From Takakia lepidozioides (Eukaryota; Plantae; Bryophyta), in contig CM060732.1 in assembly GCA_030704615.1 (NCBI GenBank), forward strand, positions 68,882,001-68,946,000: a DNA stretch of 64,000 nucleotides. The letters are read 5' to 3'. Within the stretch, counting starts at the first letter, position 1; every line of letters starts with the position of its first letter. A program made the translations under genes and the position numbers. This document shows, piece by piece, positions 38,384-49,661 of the stretch. The notes beneath the pieces are model-generated. The model saw only the letters and a program-made list of their open reading frames with translations, did not search any database and was not told the origin of the DNA.

Positions 38384-38935
38384 CTATGGTCCCCTCGCCC
38401 AAGAAGAAAGAACTCGAACTAGCCTCTCAAGGACCTCCTGAGTGACTGGATGCCGATATTTGAACAAAATGTCAGCGGTTTCTGTCGCCCGGTTGAAACT
38501 AACGAGCAGGTCGTGTTTATTGATAGCGCCCCCTTTGTAGAAGGACATTTTCACAGTGGGCCATGTGTTCCCCTCCTCCTCATCCTCATAACTGAAGAGA
38601 ATGTCCCCACTTTCCGAGCCAGTCTGTCCACGCGTGAAGTTTTCACCTATGCACTCATCATACGTCCACTCGCAACAGTTCCAGCGATACAGCAACGCTG
38701 TGCATGATCTGTTCGGCTCCCACTCAAGCGGAAAGTCTAGGTCCATGATGCGTAGGAACCACATGCTCCCCAGCCGGGGTCCAAGAGAATCGTGCAATCC
38801 TGGAAGAAACTCCATTGCTCTCAGCTGGACAAGTCGAGGATCGTCCCTATAAACATCTAGGAAGACAATGATGTCGTCTGCTTTCGGGACAATGACTCTC
38901 GTCTGGCGTCGATAGATGTGATTCAGGCACGACAT
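38384..38935 (-). CDS. Hypothetical 183-aa protein, probable transposon accessory ORF
   Basis: Intact ORF with ATG at 38935 and globular-looking composition; convergent with the SWIM ORF. Confidence 0.4.
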   Translation of the reverse strand: MSCLNHIYRRQTRVIVPKADDIIVFLDVYRDDPRLVQLRAMEFLPGLHDSLGPRLGSMWFLRIMDLDFPLEWEPNRSCTALLYRWNCCEWTYDECIGENFTRGQTGSESGDILFSYEDEEEGNTWPTVKMSFYKGGAINKHDLLVSFNRATETADILFKYRHPVTQEVLERLVRVLSSWARGP

Positions 38936-39159
38936 GGCCTCACGACACAGCAAGAACACAGAGCAGGGAGGAGATGGGCACAGCAGAGAAGAGTGAAGAG
39001 CAAAATGAGAGCGAGGCCGGCGGAAGAGGGATATATCATTGTTGCACTGCCAATGTCGTATGCGGAAGAACTTCTATTTCCTCCGACATGTGTGCTTTTA
39101 TTAGACAAATCCGCACCAGTTTCAGGACAGTTTGCAAAACTCCCTCACCGTAAGGCGGG

Positions 39160-39600
39160 TATTTGCTCTCCGGAGCCCAATTTCGCGCGTCGTTATTGAT
39201 TGCACTCCCCAGCCTTCAACCGGGTATTTGGTTTCCGGACCCCAATTTCGGCGCCGTTTTCGGCTGCACTCCGGTGGCTTCAGCCGAGTATTTGGTTTTC
39301 GGGGCCCAATTTCGGCGTCGTTATTGGCTGCACTCCGAAGGCTTCAGCCGGGTATTTGGTTGGCGGAGCCCAATTTCGGCACCGTTATTGGCTTCACTCC
39401 CGAGCCTTCAGCCCGGCTATTTCTTTTCCTCTGCCCAATTACGACACCGTTATACCCAACCATCCTGCACTTCTGCAACAGTACTACCCACGGTTATAGG
39501 TCGTCATTGCGTTTTCGGAGTCTGCAAACCCGGATCCTAATTCCGCTTGCGTCCCTTCGTCTTGGGTAATTTCGGTGCCGTTATTGCCCATAATTCAGTT
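39160..39600. repeat. GC-rich tandem repeat, ~64-bp unit x 5-6 (probable TE subterminal array)
   Basis: 'cccaatttcggc.ccgtt.ttggctgcactcc..ggcttcagccgggtatttggtt' at ~39176, 39241, 39305, 39369 and 39434. Confidence 0.85.
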
Positions 39601-39874
39601 TTTCTATGACCTGGCCTAGCGGTCCATGAGCTTGGGCTCCAAGTCATGAGCGGACACTGGTACTTATGAGCGGAGTGCTTCGAGCATGAGCGCGGAAATC
39701 TTCGAAAACCTTCTCTTCTTATACTACTTTCGATTATTTTATAGTTTTGGGCCCGAAAAAAATCTGCCGAAATTCGAAGTGTGTTACTTGGCGGCTCATG
39801 GGTGAGCCATGCCCGCTCATGAGCTCATGGAATAGCAACCCCCGGAGCAGACTCTCAGGGGTGCCACATAGGAC

Positions 39875-40887
39875 TTGGTGGATAATCACCTTATGCAAGT
39901 GTGGTTAGCACAAGAGCCGGTAGAAGGCAAAGCACCAAGGAAGCTCACCCAGGGAGAGATGAATGATCTCAGATTGCAGGTGCAGAACATTGCCACAACT
40001 ACTATAGACAATGTCTATAGTATAATAGAGGAGTTACAGGATGATGTGGAAGGCCTGCAAACTCAAGTGGATGACCTGAGTTCAAATATTGACAAGAGAG
40101 TCTTTGTTCCTAAGGAGCAGCTGGTGGCTACTTATTTGCATGCCAGGACTCTGATTTTTCAGTCTTCTCGCAGGAGGTGCAAGAGTTGCCAGTGGTAGAA
40201 GGGCCAGTGGTGGCAATATCACAGCTTCCACAGCAGGTGGCTGTGCAAGTGGCTGACCCTATTGATACTATGGCAAAGCCACAGCCTGAGGTTTGGGGGG
40301 ATGCTGCTTTTCACCCACCTAGGACTCCTGCTGCACTGGAGTACAATCGGGCAATGATTATGCCCTTCAACCAAATTCCCATTGTGATGGATTTGGCTTG
40401 GAATGAATTTAGTCCTCCGCAGTTGTTGACACATTATTACCAGATCATGCGCATTTGGTTGCCAGTGGCAACTCGGACTAAGGTTCTTCCGAACAATCGA
40501 CCCATTGAGGATCATCACTTTGCAAGGTACTGGTCTGAGGCAGGCACCATGCTGAAGGAATTAATTGTCTTCCAGGTTGTACATGGGTATATCTATACCA
40601 TGACCAAGGAGGTATCTAGTATTGTCATGGGCTGTGGATTATACTATGCTGCTTGTTTCATGGCACGTTATCACATTGAGCAGCAGAAGATGCAATCACG
40701 ATTTCTGAGTTATTCCAGTGGGGATCATTGGGTCTTACCTTCAGTGTCACCTCATATGTATCTGTATGATGCGAAAGTCATGATGCAGAAGGATTCCCAA
40801 CTTCGTTCATGGTTTAATTTGGATTGGAACAACTTGACAACAGAGAAATTGGGCCCTGATGATATTTTCTATAAGGGACATGAAGTA
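39875..40887 (+). pseudogene. Frameshifted ORF of unknown function (N-terminal coiled coil plus globular region), antisense to the adjacent RNase H fragment
   Basis: Overlapping ORFs 39875-40198 and 40177-~40887 with protein-like composition. Confidence 0.45.
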
Positions 40888-41236
40888 TCATCCTGGCACC
40901 ATCTCCTCGTCTGTCTCACCATGCCAACGAGCTCCTGTATCATCATGTTCGCTCGTGCATGGATTACGACTCAACCCATCTGCATCCTGATTGACTATAC
41001 TGGCTCGATGCACCACCTGGAACTCGTACTCTTGAAGCATAAGTGCCCACCGTGCAAGCTTCCCTGTAAGTTTGTCTGACTCCATCAACCGCTTCAATGG
41101 TTGGTGATCCGTGATAAGGGTGAAGAGATTGTCATAGAGGTAGCATCTAAAATGTGCCACTATCCATACTGCAGCTAGACACTCCCCTTCATATGAACTA
41201 TACTTCGCCTCAGCATCATTGTTCGAGCGACCGCAC
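40888..41236 (-). mobile_element. Ty3/gypsy RNase H fragment
   Basis: 'RSNNDAEAKYSSYEGECLAAVW...FRCYLY..FTLITDHQPL...GKLARWALMLQEYEFQVVHR...NQDADGLSR'. Confidence 0.92.
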
Positions 41237-41689
41237 TCCACGACACCACATCTCGTTCAGCCATGGAAACTCCCTTCGCATCCTTAATGCCCACATTTGG
41301 CATACATGTCCACCAGGGGAGTGTTCAGAATGACATCTGGAACAATTCCAGCTTTGACAATGTCACCATGGACCTCTTTCCCCTTTTCCAGAGCTCGCAG
41401 GCTTGGACACGCATTGCATCCTGCCAACATTAAATTCCACGTCATCAAAGATCGTTGAGGCATTATGTTGAACACTTGATGAGCATCAATGATGCTCCCG
41501 CACATAACATACAGGTTGACAAAGGTGTTGAGTAGAAAAACATTTGGCGTGAATCCAATTTGGATAATGTGAGTGTGCAAGGACTTCAACTTGAGAGTTT
41601 CTAATCGGTTTGATGCTATGAATCCATGGGGTAACTGTCCCCCCTTTGCAGAACGGTTGGCCGTCACAAGCTACCTAGACGACAAACAA

Positions 41690-42900
41690 TTCACATGCAA
41701 AGGGCTGGCTTGCAGCTAGCCACTTTCAACTTCTTAGGGTTGACCAACCAAAGGAAACAACTCGAAGTGGGACAAGTTCTTCGGACTAATGATATTCATA
41801 TCTATTCTGGGCAGAAACATGGGAAACGTCGGATAAACTGGTTGGAGATGTCAATGGTTATAAATGGGCAGGTAAGATGTGTACTCTCAAGGCAGCCTCT
41901 GCCAAATGCAGTAAAAAAGGGGCTGGATTCTTTGTCCGTGATTTCTTGTTTGACAATTGTGAAATTATCAACAAGGGTTTGAGGTACGAGCATAGTATCT
42001 GGCTAAAACTGAATCTGAAGGGCGGCTTGAGTACAAAGGGCCTCTTTGTGGGTTGTGTTTACATGCCCACAGAGGGGACCCTTAGTGCTGACGCAGACAA
42101 AGCCTTCGAAGATGTAAAACTGGACTGTGCTTCGTTCCTTGCCAAAGGTCAGGTGGTGCTATTGGGTGACTTCAATGCCCGGGTGGGCAAAGGGCTCCAT
42201 CAGGACGATATCACTGGGCCTTCTGGTGAGGACGAGCTGAATTCTAATGGTAGACGGTTAATTAACTGTCTGGAAGAGCTTCATCTTTTGACCTTGAATA
42301 ACAGGACAAGCGGTGACCAAGTGCAGTGGACTCGTGAGAAATCCCAAACTGGGGAACGTTCCATTGTGGACTATGTCATAATGGACAAAAATTTGTTCCC
42401 CCAGTGTGCCAATGTGTTGATCGACAGAACTGATATTGGTACCTCTGACCACTTCCTGGTTTGGACTGAGATCAAATGGTGTTTTCCCAACACCGGAGTG
42501 AAAGAGATTCTCAAGGACCTGGACCTGGATCCGCAAGTCTTGACCCTGCTGGATAAATTCGACTTAGAGGCTGTAGTGTCCAAAGCCATGTCTGTTGCCA
42601 TGAGATTGTCTGATGAAAATGAAGTTAGGCAGAAAACTTCCCTGAACTTGTTTCCAGTCAATGACATGGGGGAGGACATCATGGATGACCTCAAGGGTCC
42701 ACCCACTCTTGGCACTAGACTGAAATTTAAACTCAGGGCAGGAAGCCTACCTTTGAACATCAAACAGAAGCAGAGAGGAAAGGGAGAGTGCACTTCCCAT
42801 TGTGTGGGCAATCTGAAGACAGTATTCATTTTCTGATACACTGTCCGGGGTTCTCTCATTGATAATAGGTGTACGTTGAAGGTTGCAATGACCAAAAGTG
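41690..42900 (+). mobile_element. Non-LTR retrotransposon (LINE) ORF2 remnant: APE endonuclease joined directly to the C-terminal Cys/His region (RT deleted)
   Basis: 'LATFN..GL', 'VGCVYMP', 'LLGDFNARVG', 'NSNGRRL', 'RSIVDYV', 'SDHFLV', then 'KFKLRAG..PLN....C..C..EDSIHFLIHCP'. A 158-bp copy of 42312-42469 sits at 43033-43190. Confidence 0.85.
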
Positions 42901-44119
42901 CTTCTAATAGAGTCCCACATCAATTCAATCTCAAAGAAGTTTGTCCCTTGACTGGCTGGAGAGCGGTCTTAGACATTGGTGATTCAATGGGGCGCTCTGG
43001 GAAGACAACCAAGGGCAAGGACTTCAACTGTAGGTGACCAAGTGCAGTGGACTCGTGAGAAATCCCAAACTGGGGAACGTTCCATTGTGGACTATATCAT
43101 AATGGACAAAAATTTGTTCCCCTAGTGTGCCAATGTGTTGATCGACAGAACTGATATTGGTACCTCTGACCACTTCCTGGTTTGGACTGACTCAAAAGAG
43201 AACCTCTTGTGTGTGCCTACTTGTGTCTGTAGTCAGGTAACGACGGATTGGTCAGTGAGAACCACCACGGTGCAGCTGAGCACGGCCTGCTAAGACCAAG
43301 CTGACTCTCCCAAGAACCTTATAAACATATGGAAGAATACCAAATCAGGTACTAACAGGAGGCAAGAGCCCGCAATAGCAGGATGGAAAAAATTCTTCAC
43401 ATCGTACCTTAAGAAAACGCCACACCTTGCGATTGCAGTTGTCCCACCATTGTCAATCTTCTAAAAACTCATGTCAGGTCTGCTCAGTGCTGCAAATTCA
43501 GGGCCGACTCTGATGAGAAGGCAAGACAGGCTGAAATAGGTCAAAGAAGAAGGTGCCCTCACCACATTGTTCTTGACCTTGTGTCATGACCCATGGAGGA
43601 TTTGCCCTCCCATCAACCCAAAAGGATCGCTTCAGTGTGCTGTTGGTGTCTGTAGTCAGGTAATGTCGGATTGGTCTTTGAGAAACCACCACAAAATGGC
43701 ATGCTAAGACCAAGCTCACTCTCCCCTAAACCTTGTAAACATCAGGAAGAATACCATGCCCTGTGGAGAGGAGGGGAGAGGAGAGGAGGGAAAAGAGAAA
43801 GCCCGCGGAAGGGAAGGCGAACACGGGAGAGGAGTGGAGAGGAGATAAGAGGAGGAGAGGGAAAAGAGAAAGCCGCGGGAGGGAAGGGGAGAAAGATCGC
43901 GGATAGAAAAAAAAAAAAAAAAAAAAAAAAAAAACAAACAAAAGGATGATCCCGCGGTGCATCGCGGCCTAAACACCACTCTTACCACTACACTACCCCT
44001 TAAAACTCAACAACCCCCTCCTGTAAAATTATATTTAAGGTGTTTTAAACCCCCATCTGTATGTATAATGTTGTACATGGGGGGGTGTAAAATACCCCCT
44101 CCTGTGCACGCACGTGGCT

Positions 44120-47100
44120 GGTACATTTAATGAGGAGTGCACCCCCCAGGATCTGCCATGGTGTTTGCACCCCATGATCCTATGCTCGCCCCCACTCGCT
44201 GCCTCCACCGTCCCAGTTGGCAGAGATGGCGCAATATCCAATGGAAGTGCAGAAGTAGCTACCAATGCTTGCAATCTCTATTGCTCAGCCATGCACAAGC
44301 CAATGACCCATGTCAAGCAATTGAGATCCATTGCCTGACCCAACACCTGGCGTCGTTATGCCTCTGACAGAGCTGGCACAGCTATAGTGCCCGTGGTAAA
44401 TCCCATTGTCCGTTCTCGCTCATCCGCATTGGGCTCCACCAATTGCTGTAGTACACTGTTCCAAATCAACCCAGGACCATTGTCTCGAAAAGCATGAGAT
44501 GATGGAAAGCTCATGAGTGTAAGCAAGGCTGCACATGGTTGCCCCACTCGATTTACCACTGCTAGAGGTGAACGGTCATCATGTCGCACCCTCTATGGTT
44601 GCCTCCCTTGGTCAAAAATGCCCTCAACTATGAGATTGGGTGGCTGTTGAATGGAATCGTATGCTCTCTTGAGCAGCTCTGGTGGTGCAAGATTGGTCCA
44701 CCACAATCGAGGTCGATGCACTCGTGATCCCACCGCTGCTGCATCCAATAGTACCGCCGATCCAATCCAAGACCGCACCTGATGCACACTGGCCATAACC
44801 CTGGCCCGAGAGTCCCCCACAAGAGGAACATTCTCAAAGATATAGGCTAGAGGTTGCACTTGCCTCGTCTGCAAGTCACGCAACACTCTCAACATCTCCC
44901 AAAACAAATGCGATCGTGCATCATGCAAGCCATTCCCATGACCTGCGGGAGAATGTCATTGGCAAGGCCATCCAGCTATCACCAAGTCAATGGCACTATG
45001 CCGGTCCAAATCATCCGCCCCTAGCAAGGTAATGTTTGCTGACAAGGCCTTTTGATACCCTTGAATTGCTGAGAGAGGCAATAACTCAGGATACCGATGT
45101 GTGAGCAAGGCGATGTGGCGCATAAAAATACGCCGGGCTATCTCATCCTTCTCCACATACAAGTACTTGCGTACTTTAATCCCTGCTTGCAACACTCCTG
45201 CAAGCCCAGTGCTCATGCCTCCAAACAAGTCTAACAAACAAATCCCTGAGTCAGGTGGTTGCCAGGTAATGGGCATTGTGTCCAAAAGAGCTAACTGAGG
45301 AGGTCCCGGTGATGTCACTGAACTCCCCTCACTCACCAATGGATAGGCCTCCTGTCATGCTTTGTGCACACACTCGCCTGCTACTCGATGCAAATTCCCA
45401 ACTGTACCCCACAGTGGAATATAAACAGGCACATGAGGAAGCAAATCAGCCTTGTATGCCAATTGTTTGTCCTCATCAGGTGGTGGCCTATCATCTGCAT
45501 GACTATTTCCCTCCAAGAGCTCACCACCCCAAGCCACCACCCTTGAGAATGCAGCCAATGTAGGCATCATGTTCCTATGATCCATCGCTACATTCCCAAT
45601 AAACCGCACTGGGAGCAGTGCACGTCGGGCATCTCTTGACTGCCACTCCGGCCTGTACAATGCCGTTTCCTCCCAAAAATCCAAAGTAAATCCCATGGGG
45701 TACAACACAGCCCCACCAACAAACACATCATAGGACATCGCGTCCGTAACAATGGCTTTAGCTCTCATGACTGAGCCGTCCGTAGGATGATCCGGCTGCA
45801 ATCGAATGATGAGTTCATGGCGTGTAATCCCTCGCGCCTTCTCTGAACCACCCAAAGATGTTTGAATTTGGAAATGGCAAGGCTCCAAATCCGCCTCTGT
45901 AAGGCCCAAGCCTGCAATTGCTGCTCTCCCCAACATCAATGGCTGTGCTCCTGAGTCCAACAAGACCCGCAGTGGCCTATACCTCCTCCCGGTTGGGCAA
46001 CCCAATTGAAACACTACATCCTGATTGTCCACCAGGATTACCCCAGGAGTCACCATGCTGCGCTCAATGGCTGGCCTAGCTGACAACTCCTACAACCTTG
46101 CAGTTACCGCTTGCCATGGCGCAGCTATGGCTGACTTTACCATCAATCCAAAGCATCCATAGACTGCACCTTATCTGTTATCTCCGCATATAGTGCCGAT
46201 GCATCACCACTCTCACAGAGTCTAGCTGCTAGTCTGAGCACAGCAGCTGGCCGAATCCTCAGCATTGCAATGGTCATTGCAGAAAATAATGGAGGTTGGC
46301 AAACTGCCGTGGCCGCCCCCAACAATGTACTAGCTACACCTTGCTTTGCAGCACCACCCACTGGCATTTACCGAGCCACACCAACTCTCCCCAATGACAC
46401 TCGTGGCTCTACCTCTGACACACTTGGGCGAGCGGGTGCCATTGATGGCGTAGGTGGCACTGTCTCAGCCAATGTAAAGGACTGTGGAAGCCTTGTCTGA
46501 CGACTTATTTCCCCCCTTTGTGGATCAAAATCCACATCCGCTCCTCTTGGCTCAGGAGCACGCGTTGCTGCTCGAGTGACAGCAGCAGCAGAGTCTAATA
46601 CATGCAATGGCCCTGCAAGTGCGGCTCCACACATGAAGCCCATACCAATCTGATCTTCCCTAGGCATAGGAGGTTGTGCAAGTGGGGCTTGAATCTCAAG
46701 CCTTGGAGTTGGCGCAACATGAGTAGTGGCCATGGCAGAAAGACATTACTCTAGCTGGGCAAGTTTATCCACCATGCCTTGGTTATGATCTTGATCCTGA
46801 CCCTGTGCTCCTTGGTTTTGGTTACAACCTCCACCCCGACCTCTGCCTCCTCTACCTCTCTGGACTACATTGCCTCGTCCTCGGCCACCATTGTTCCCTT
46901 AGAACTGGCCTGGCTGTAGCTCAGGATGCAAGCCATAATAATGGGCCTCCTCATGCCCATACTTTCAACAATGCCCACACTGTAGTTGTGTAGGCTGTGC
47001 CTGTGCCGGCCCTTTGTCTCTCTCCGGGCAATCCTTCTTGACATGAGGTCCTCCACAATCCCAACAATCACACCTGACTGTTGTTGGCCTGAGAATGAAG

Positions 47101-48170
47101 GAAAAGACCTCTGCATTTGAGATCCTCTCTGTCTTTCCCTCGGCTTCACCTGAGCCCCCTTGCTGCCTTGAACACGTTGGGATAGTGGTTGTTGTTGGCT
47201 AGGAGCCCCACTTCATTGTGTCTCCTTGCCAAACCCCACCATAACCACTCGCTCCTCCACCATATTGAGCTCTATCCACTCTACCAGCAAAAATACATTT
47301 GCTAAGGTGGGTTGATCCACTTGCAGGAGAGTTGCATCCCGCACCCTTTTCCTCAGCTCCTTGTCCAGGATCCCATACCAGAACTGGACTGCCTGAGCTT
47401 CTGTAATCCCTTGGGTTACGTTTATCAAGCGCCTCATGCGAGTGTAAGTCTCCCTAAAACTCTCAGTAGACCTTTGTTGGAACTCTTGCAAGCTCCGCAA
47501 CTTCTCTGTCCTTATCCCTTGGTAGTTTCTCCTGGCTTCAACTCCTCGAAGAACTCCACAACTGGGTTAAAGGCAGGCACGGGTGTTGGTGCTGCAGCAG
47601 GAACTTGAGTGGATTTCCCAGCTCCTGAACCATTTGTCCCAATACTAGTGCTTGCAGTTGGAGATGTTTGTGTAGCTGTTGGTGTCGCCGCTGCCCTTGT
47701 GCCTCTAGTGAGAGAGACATAGTTAGGTGACCATTACTCTCGCCACTCCTCAATATCTACCGCATGACCCCGCCTAAATTCATGGTAATCATCCATGGGT
47801 GGCCCTTCAAGGTGCTGGAATAGCCCCTTCCACACCATAAAGGGCGTAAACAGTTGTGGATTGCGGATTTGTTACAAATCACACCAACTGTCAAACTCTT
47901 GTATGAAGTCATCAAGTTCGATGGTGCCCACAGCTCCATAGTACCTACGTGGCCCCTTGGTAGCTCCATACATCTCCTCCATTGTGTCCCACAACAATGG
48001 CACGGAAATGACTTGCACCCTCAGCGAGAATCCTCCTGACTCCAAGTCTGAACCTTCTTCAGAAGACACTGAAGGTGAAGGTGGCCTAAACCGCACACCT
48101 CGTCTTGTGTACCCACTAGTATCGCTGGTGCTCGTACCGGCACTCCCCTCAGCAACTGGTGGCACCTCCG
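44120..48170 (-). mobile_element. Degenerate Ty3/gypsy LTR retrotransposon internal region: gag (CA, zinc knuckles) - aspartic protease - C5 DNA methyltransferase; truncated before RT
   Basis: Gag 'IELDDFIQEFDSWC', 'FQQRSTESFRETYTRMRRL...AVQFWYG'; knuckle 'CWDCGGPHVKKDC' at ~47020-47065; protease 'VLLDSGAQ'; DNMT motifs follow in the same frame. Confidence 0.85.
44300..45246 (-). pseudogene. Cytosine-5 DNA methyltransferase domain within the retrotransposon pol frame (in-frame stops)
   Basis: Motif I 'LLDLFGGMSTG', II 'YLYVEKD', IV 'VIAGWPCQ', VI 'YIFENV', VIII 'HRPRLWWTN', IX 'ERERTMGF', X 'RRQVLGQAMD'. Confidence 0.92.
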
Positions 48171-49489
48171 TGATGAAAACTCACAACCCAACCAGTTGTC
48201 AACCTGTCTCTAATCCCCACTTTCCACAAGGTAACCGGGTAGAGAATCTGTTGCGGCTACTGGTTCAAGCAAGAATAATAGGTTTCTAACGTAGACCTGT
48301 ACCTGCACCTGCATCCACAGCAAGCACTCCTATGACCCAGCCTCACTATAGAAGAAACACTGGTGGTCTTGCTGGTCATCACTCCAGCCTCACCACCGAC
48401 AACATACTCTAGGATTGGCCGGTGATCAAATCCAGACCAACCTCATATGAAAACAAGCGCCCACACAAAGCTAACATGGCGCACAGTCAAGCATGCAGGT
48501 GTGGAGGGGATCCAAACACAAGAAAATCAAGACAGCAACTCCCCCACACCAAAAACACTCCACAGTGTCGCTCCTGCAAGGACACCCCAGCCCAAACCCG
48601 GACTGACTCTTGCCTCCACCTACGGAAAGGTTTTGGCCTACAGAGATGGTGAAAGACTATGGAGAAGAAAAACTAAAGCAATTCCTAACCCAAGAATGCT
48701 CATCCCACCACTCTCCCTCCTGTCTCTATCCATTCGCTTGTATGGCCGTGGCAAGTATCCTTCAAATATCCCTCAATCAATCCTTCAAGAGCTCTTTAAC
48801 ATTGTCCACCAAAGCTCCTCGAAGGGTCCTCTAATACTCCTCCAAGGACCCCAAAGATCCTCCAAACAATCCTCCAAGGACCCCAAAGATCCTCAAACAC
48901 TCCTCCAAGGGCCCTCAAATATCTTCCAAACAATCCTCCAAAGGCCCTTAAATTTCACTAAGTCCTTTCAATGTTGATACCTTAACATAGGTATAGTCTG
49001 AGGTTGCTAGGGTCTTTTATGTTGATGATACCTTTATAGAGGTATAGTCTGAAAATGAGGGTTCTGTTTGGTATACTAACAGAGATATAGTCTGAGCTGA
49101 TTAGGGTCCACATATGGTGATACCTCAACAGAGGTATAGTTCATGCAGCCTAGAAGCAATTGTACCTGTACTCCATGCCGGGTCTTGGTGCAGATTATGA
49201 GTGCACTTTGAGGATCAAAGACTGACATACACCCTAGGTAGAAACCGAAGTGATTCCCAATATCCGGCAAGTTAACCAAGTATTGATCCGGGATGTAAGG
49301 ATTGAAATTATTCTGAGCCCATCTCTTACCATTTCGGTTTCCCATTTTGGAGGACTAGGGGAAGATGTTCACATTGAACCCTTCTCTATGAGGATCAAAC
49401 AATAGAGCTTGAGCAGCTGCCTCCTTCGTTTCAAACACAATTTCCAAAAGATGGATGGACCTTGTAAATAAAAAGCTTATTAAAAAAAA

Positions 49490-49645
49490 AGGTGAACGTT
49501 ACCAAAGCAAGGCAAGCGTAACTTATGGTGTAGTTTAGCTCAAAGGGCTACTACTGCCTTTATGACACCCACAACCGTTGTGGTTTGAACCCACAACCAT
49601 TAGTGAGACGTGCTTGTGCCTCTAAACACTCCCGGGCTAAACGTG
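49490..49645 (-). mobile_element. SINE family A copy
   Basis: Minus strand: 'TAGCCCGGGAGTGTTTAG'...'GGTTCAAACC'...'caccataagttacgcttgc...ttcacctttttttt'. Confidence 0.7.
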
Positions 49646-49661
49646 GGTTGTGCATTACAGG

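Larger units (their letters stand above)
36679..41236. mobile_element. 4558-bp composite insertion flanked by an exact 14-bp direct repeat
   Basis: TCCACGACACCACA at 36665-36678 and 41237-41250. Removing the insert restores the PPR reading 'MAERDVVSWNTMLAGY'. Confidence 0.75.
36213..41620 (-). pseudogene. PLS-class pentatricopeptide repeat (PPR) pseudogene, split into 41237-41620 and ~36300-36678
   Basis: 'NVFLLNTFVNLYVMCGSIIDAHQVF', 'ALEKGKEVHGDIVKAG', 'DMYAKCG', 'MAERDVVSW|NTMLAGYAQQGH..EAL', 'DVISWNVMIAGYAQQGH'; contains frameshifts and deletions. Confidence 0.85.

Noticed and set aside
39160-39600. Regularly spaced repeats resembling a CRISPR array (also 49662-49905 and 57885-58075)
   Set aside because: Whole units repeat with no unique spacers, there are no cas genes, and the context is eukaryotic.
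44300-45246. Bacterial restriction-modification methylase, contamination or host DNMT3 gene
   Set aside because: The domain is in frame with a retroviral-type protease downstream of gag, has no introns, and sits among plant genes and TEs.
48400-49160. Possible 5' LTR/leader of the DNMT-gypsy (short repeats 'cctccaagg', 'gatacct..agaggtatagtctga')
   Set aside because: No second LTR, PBS or TG..CA boundary could be identified, so it was not annotated.
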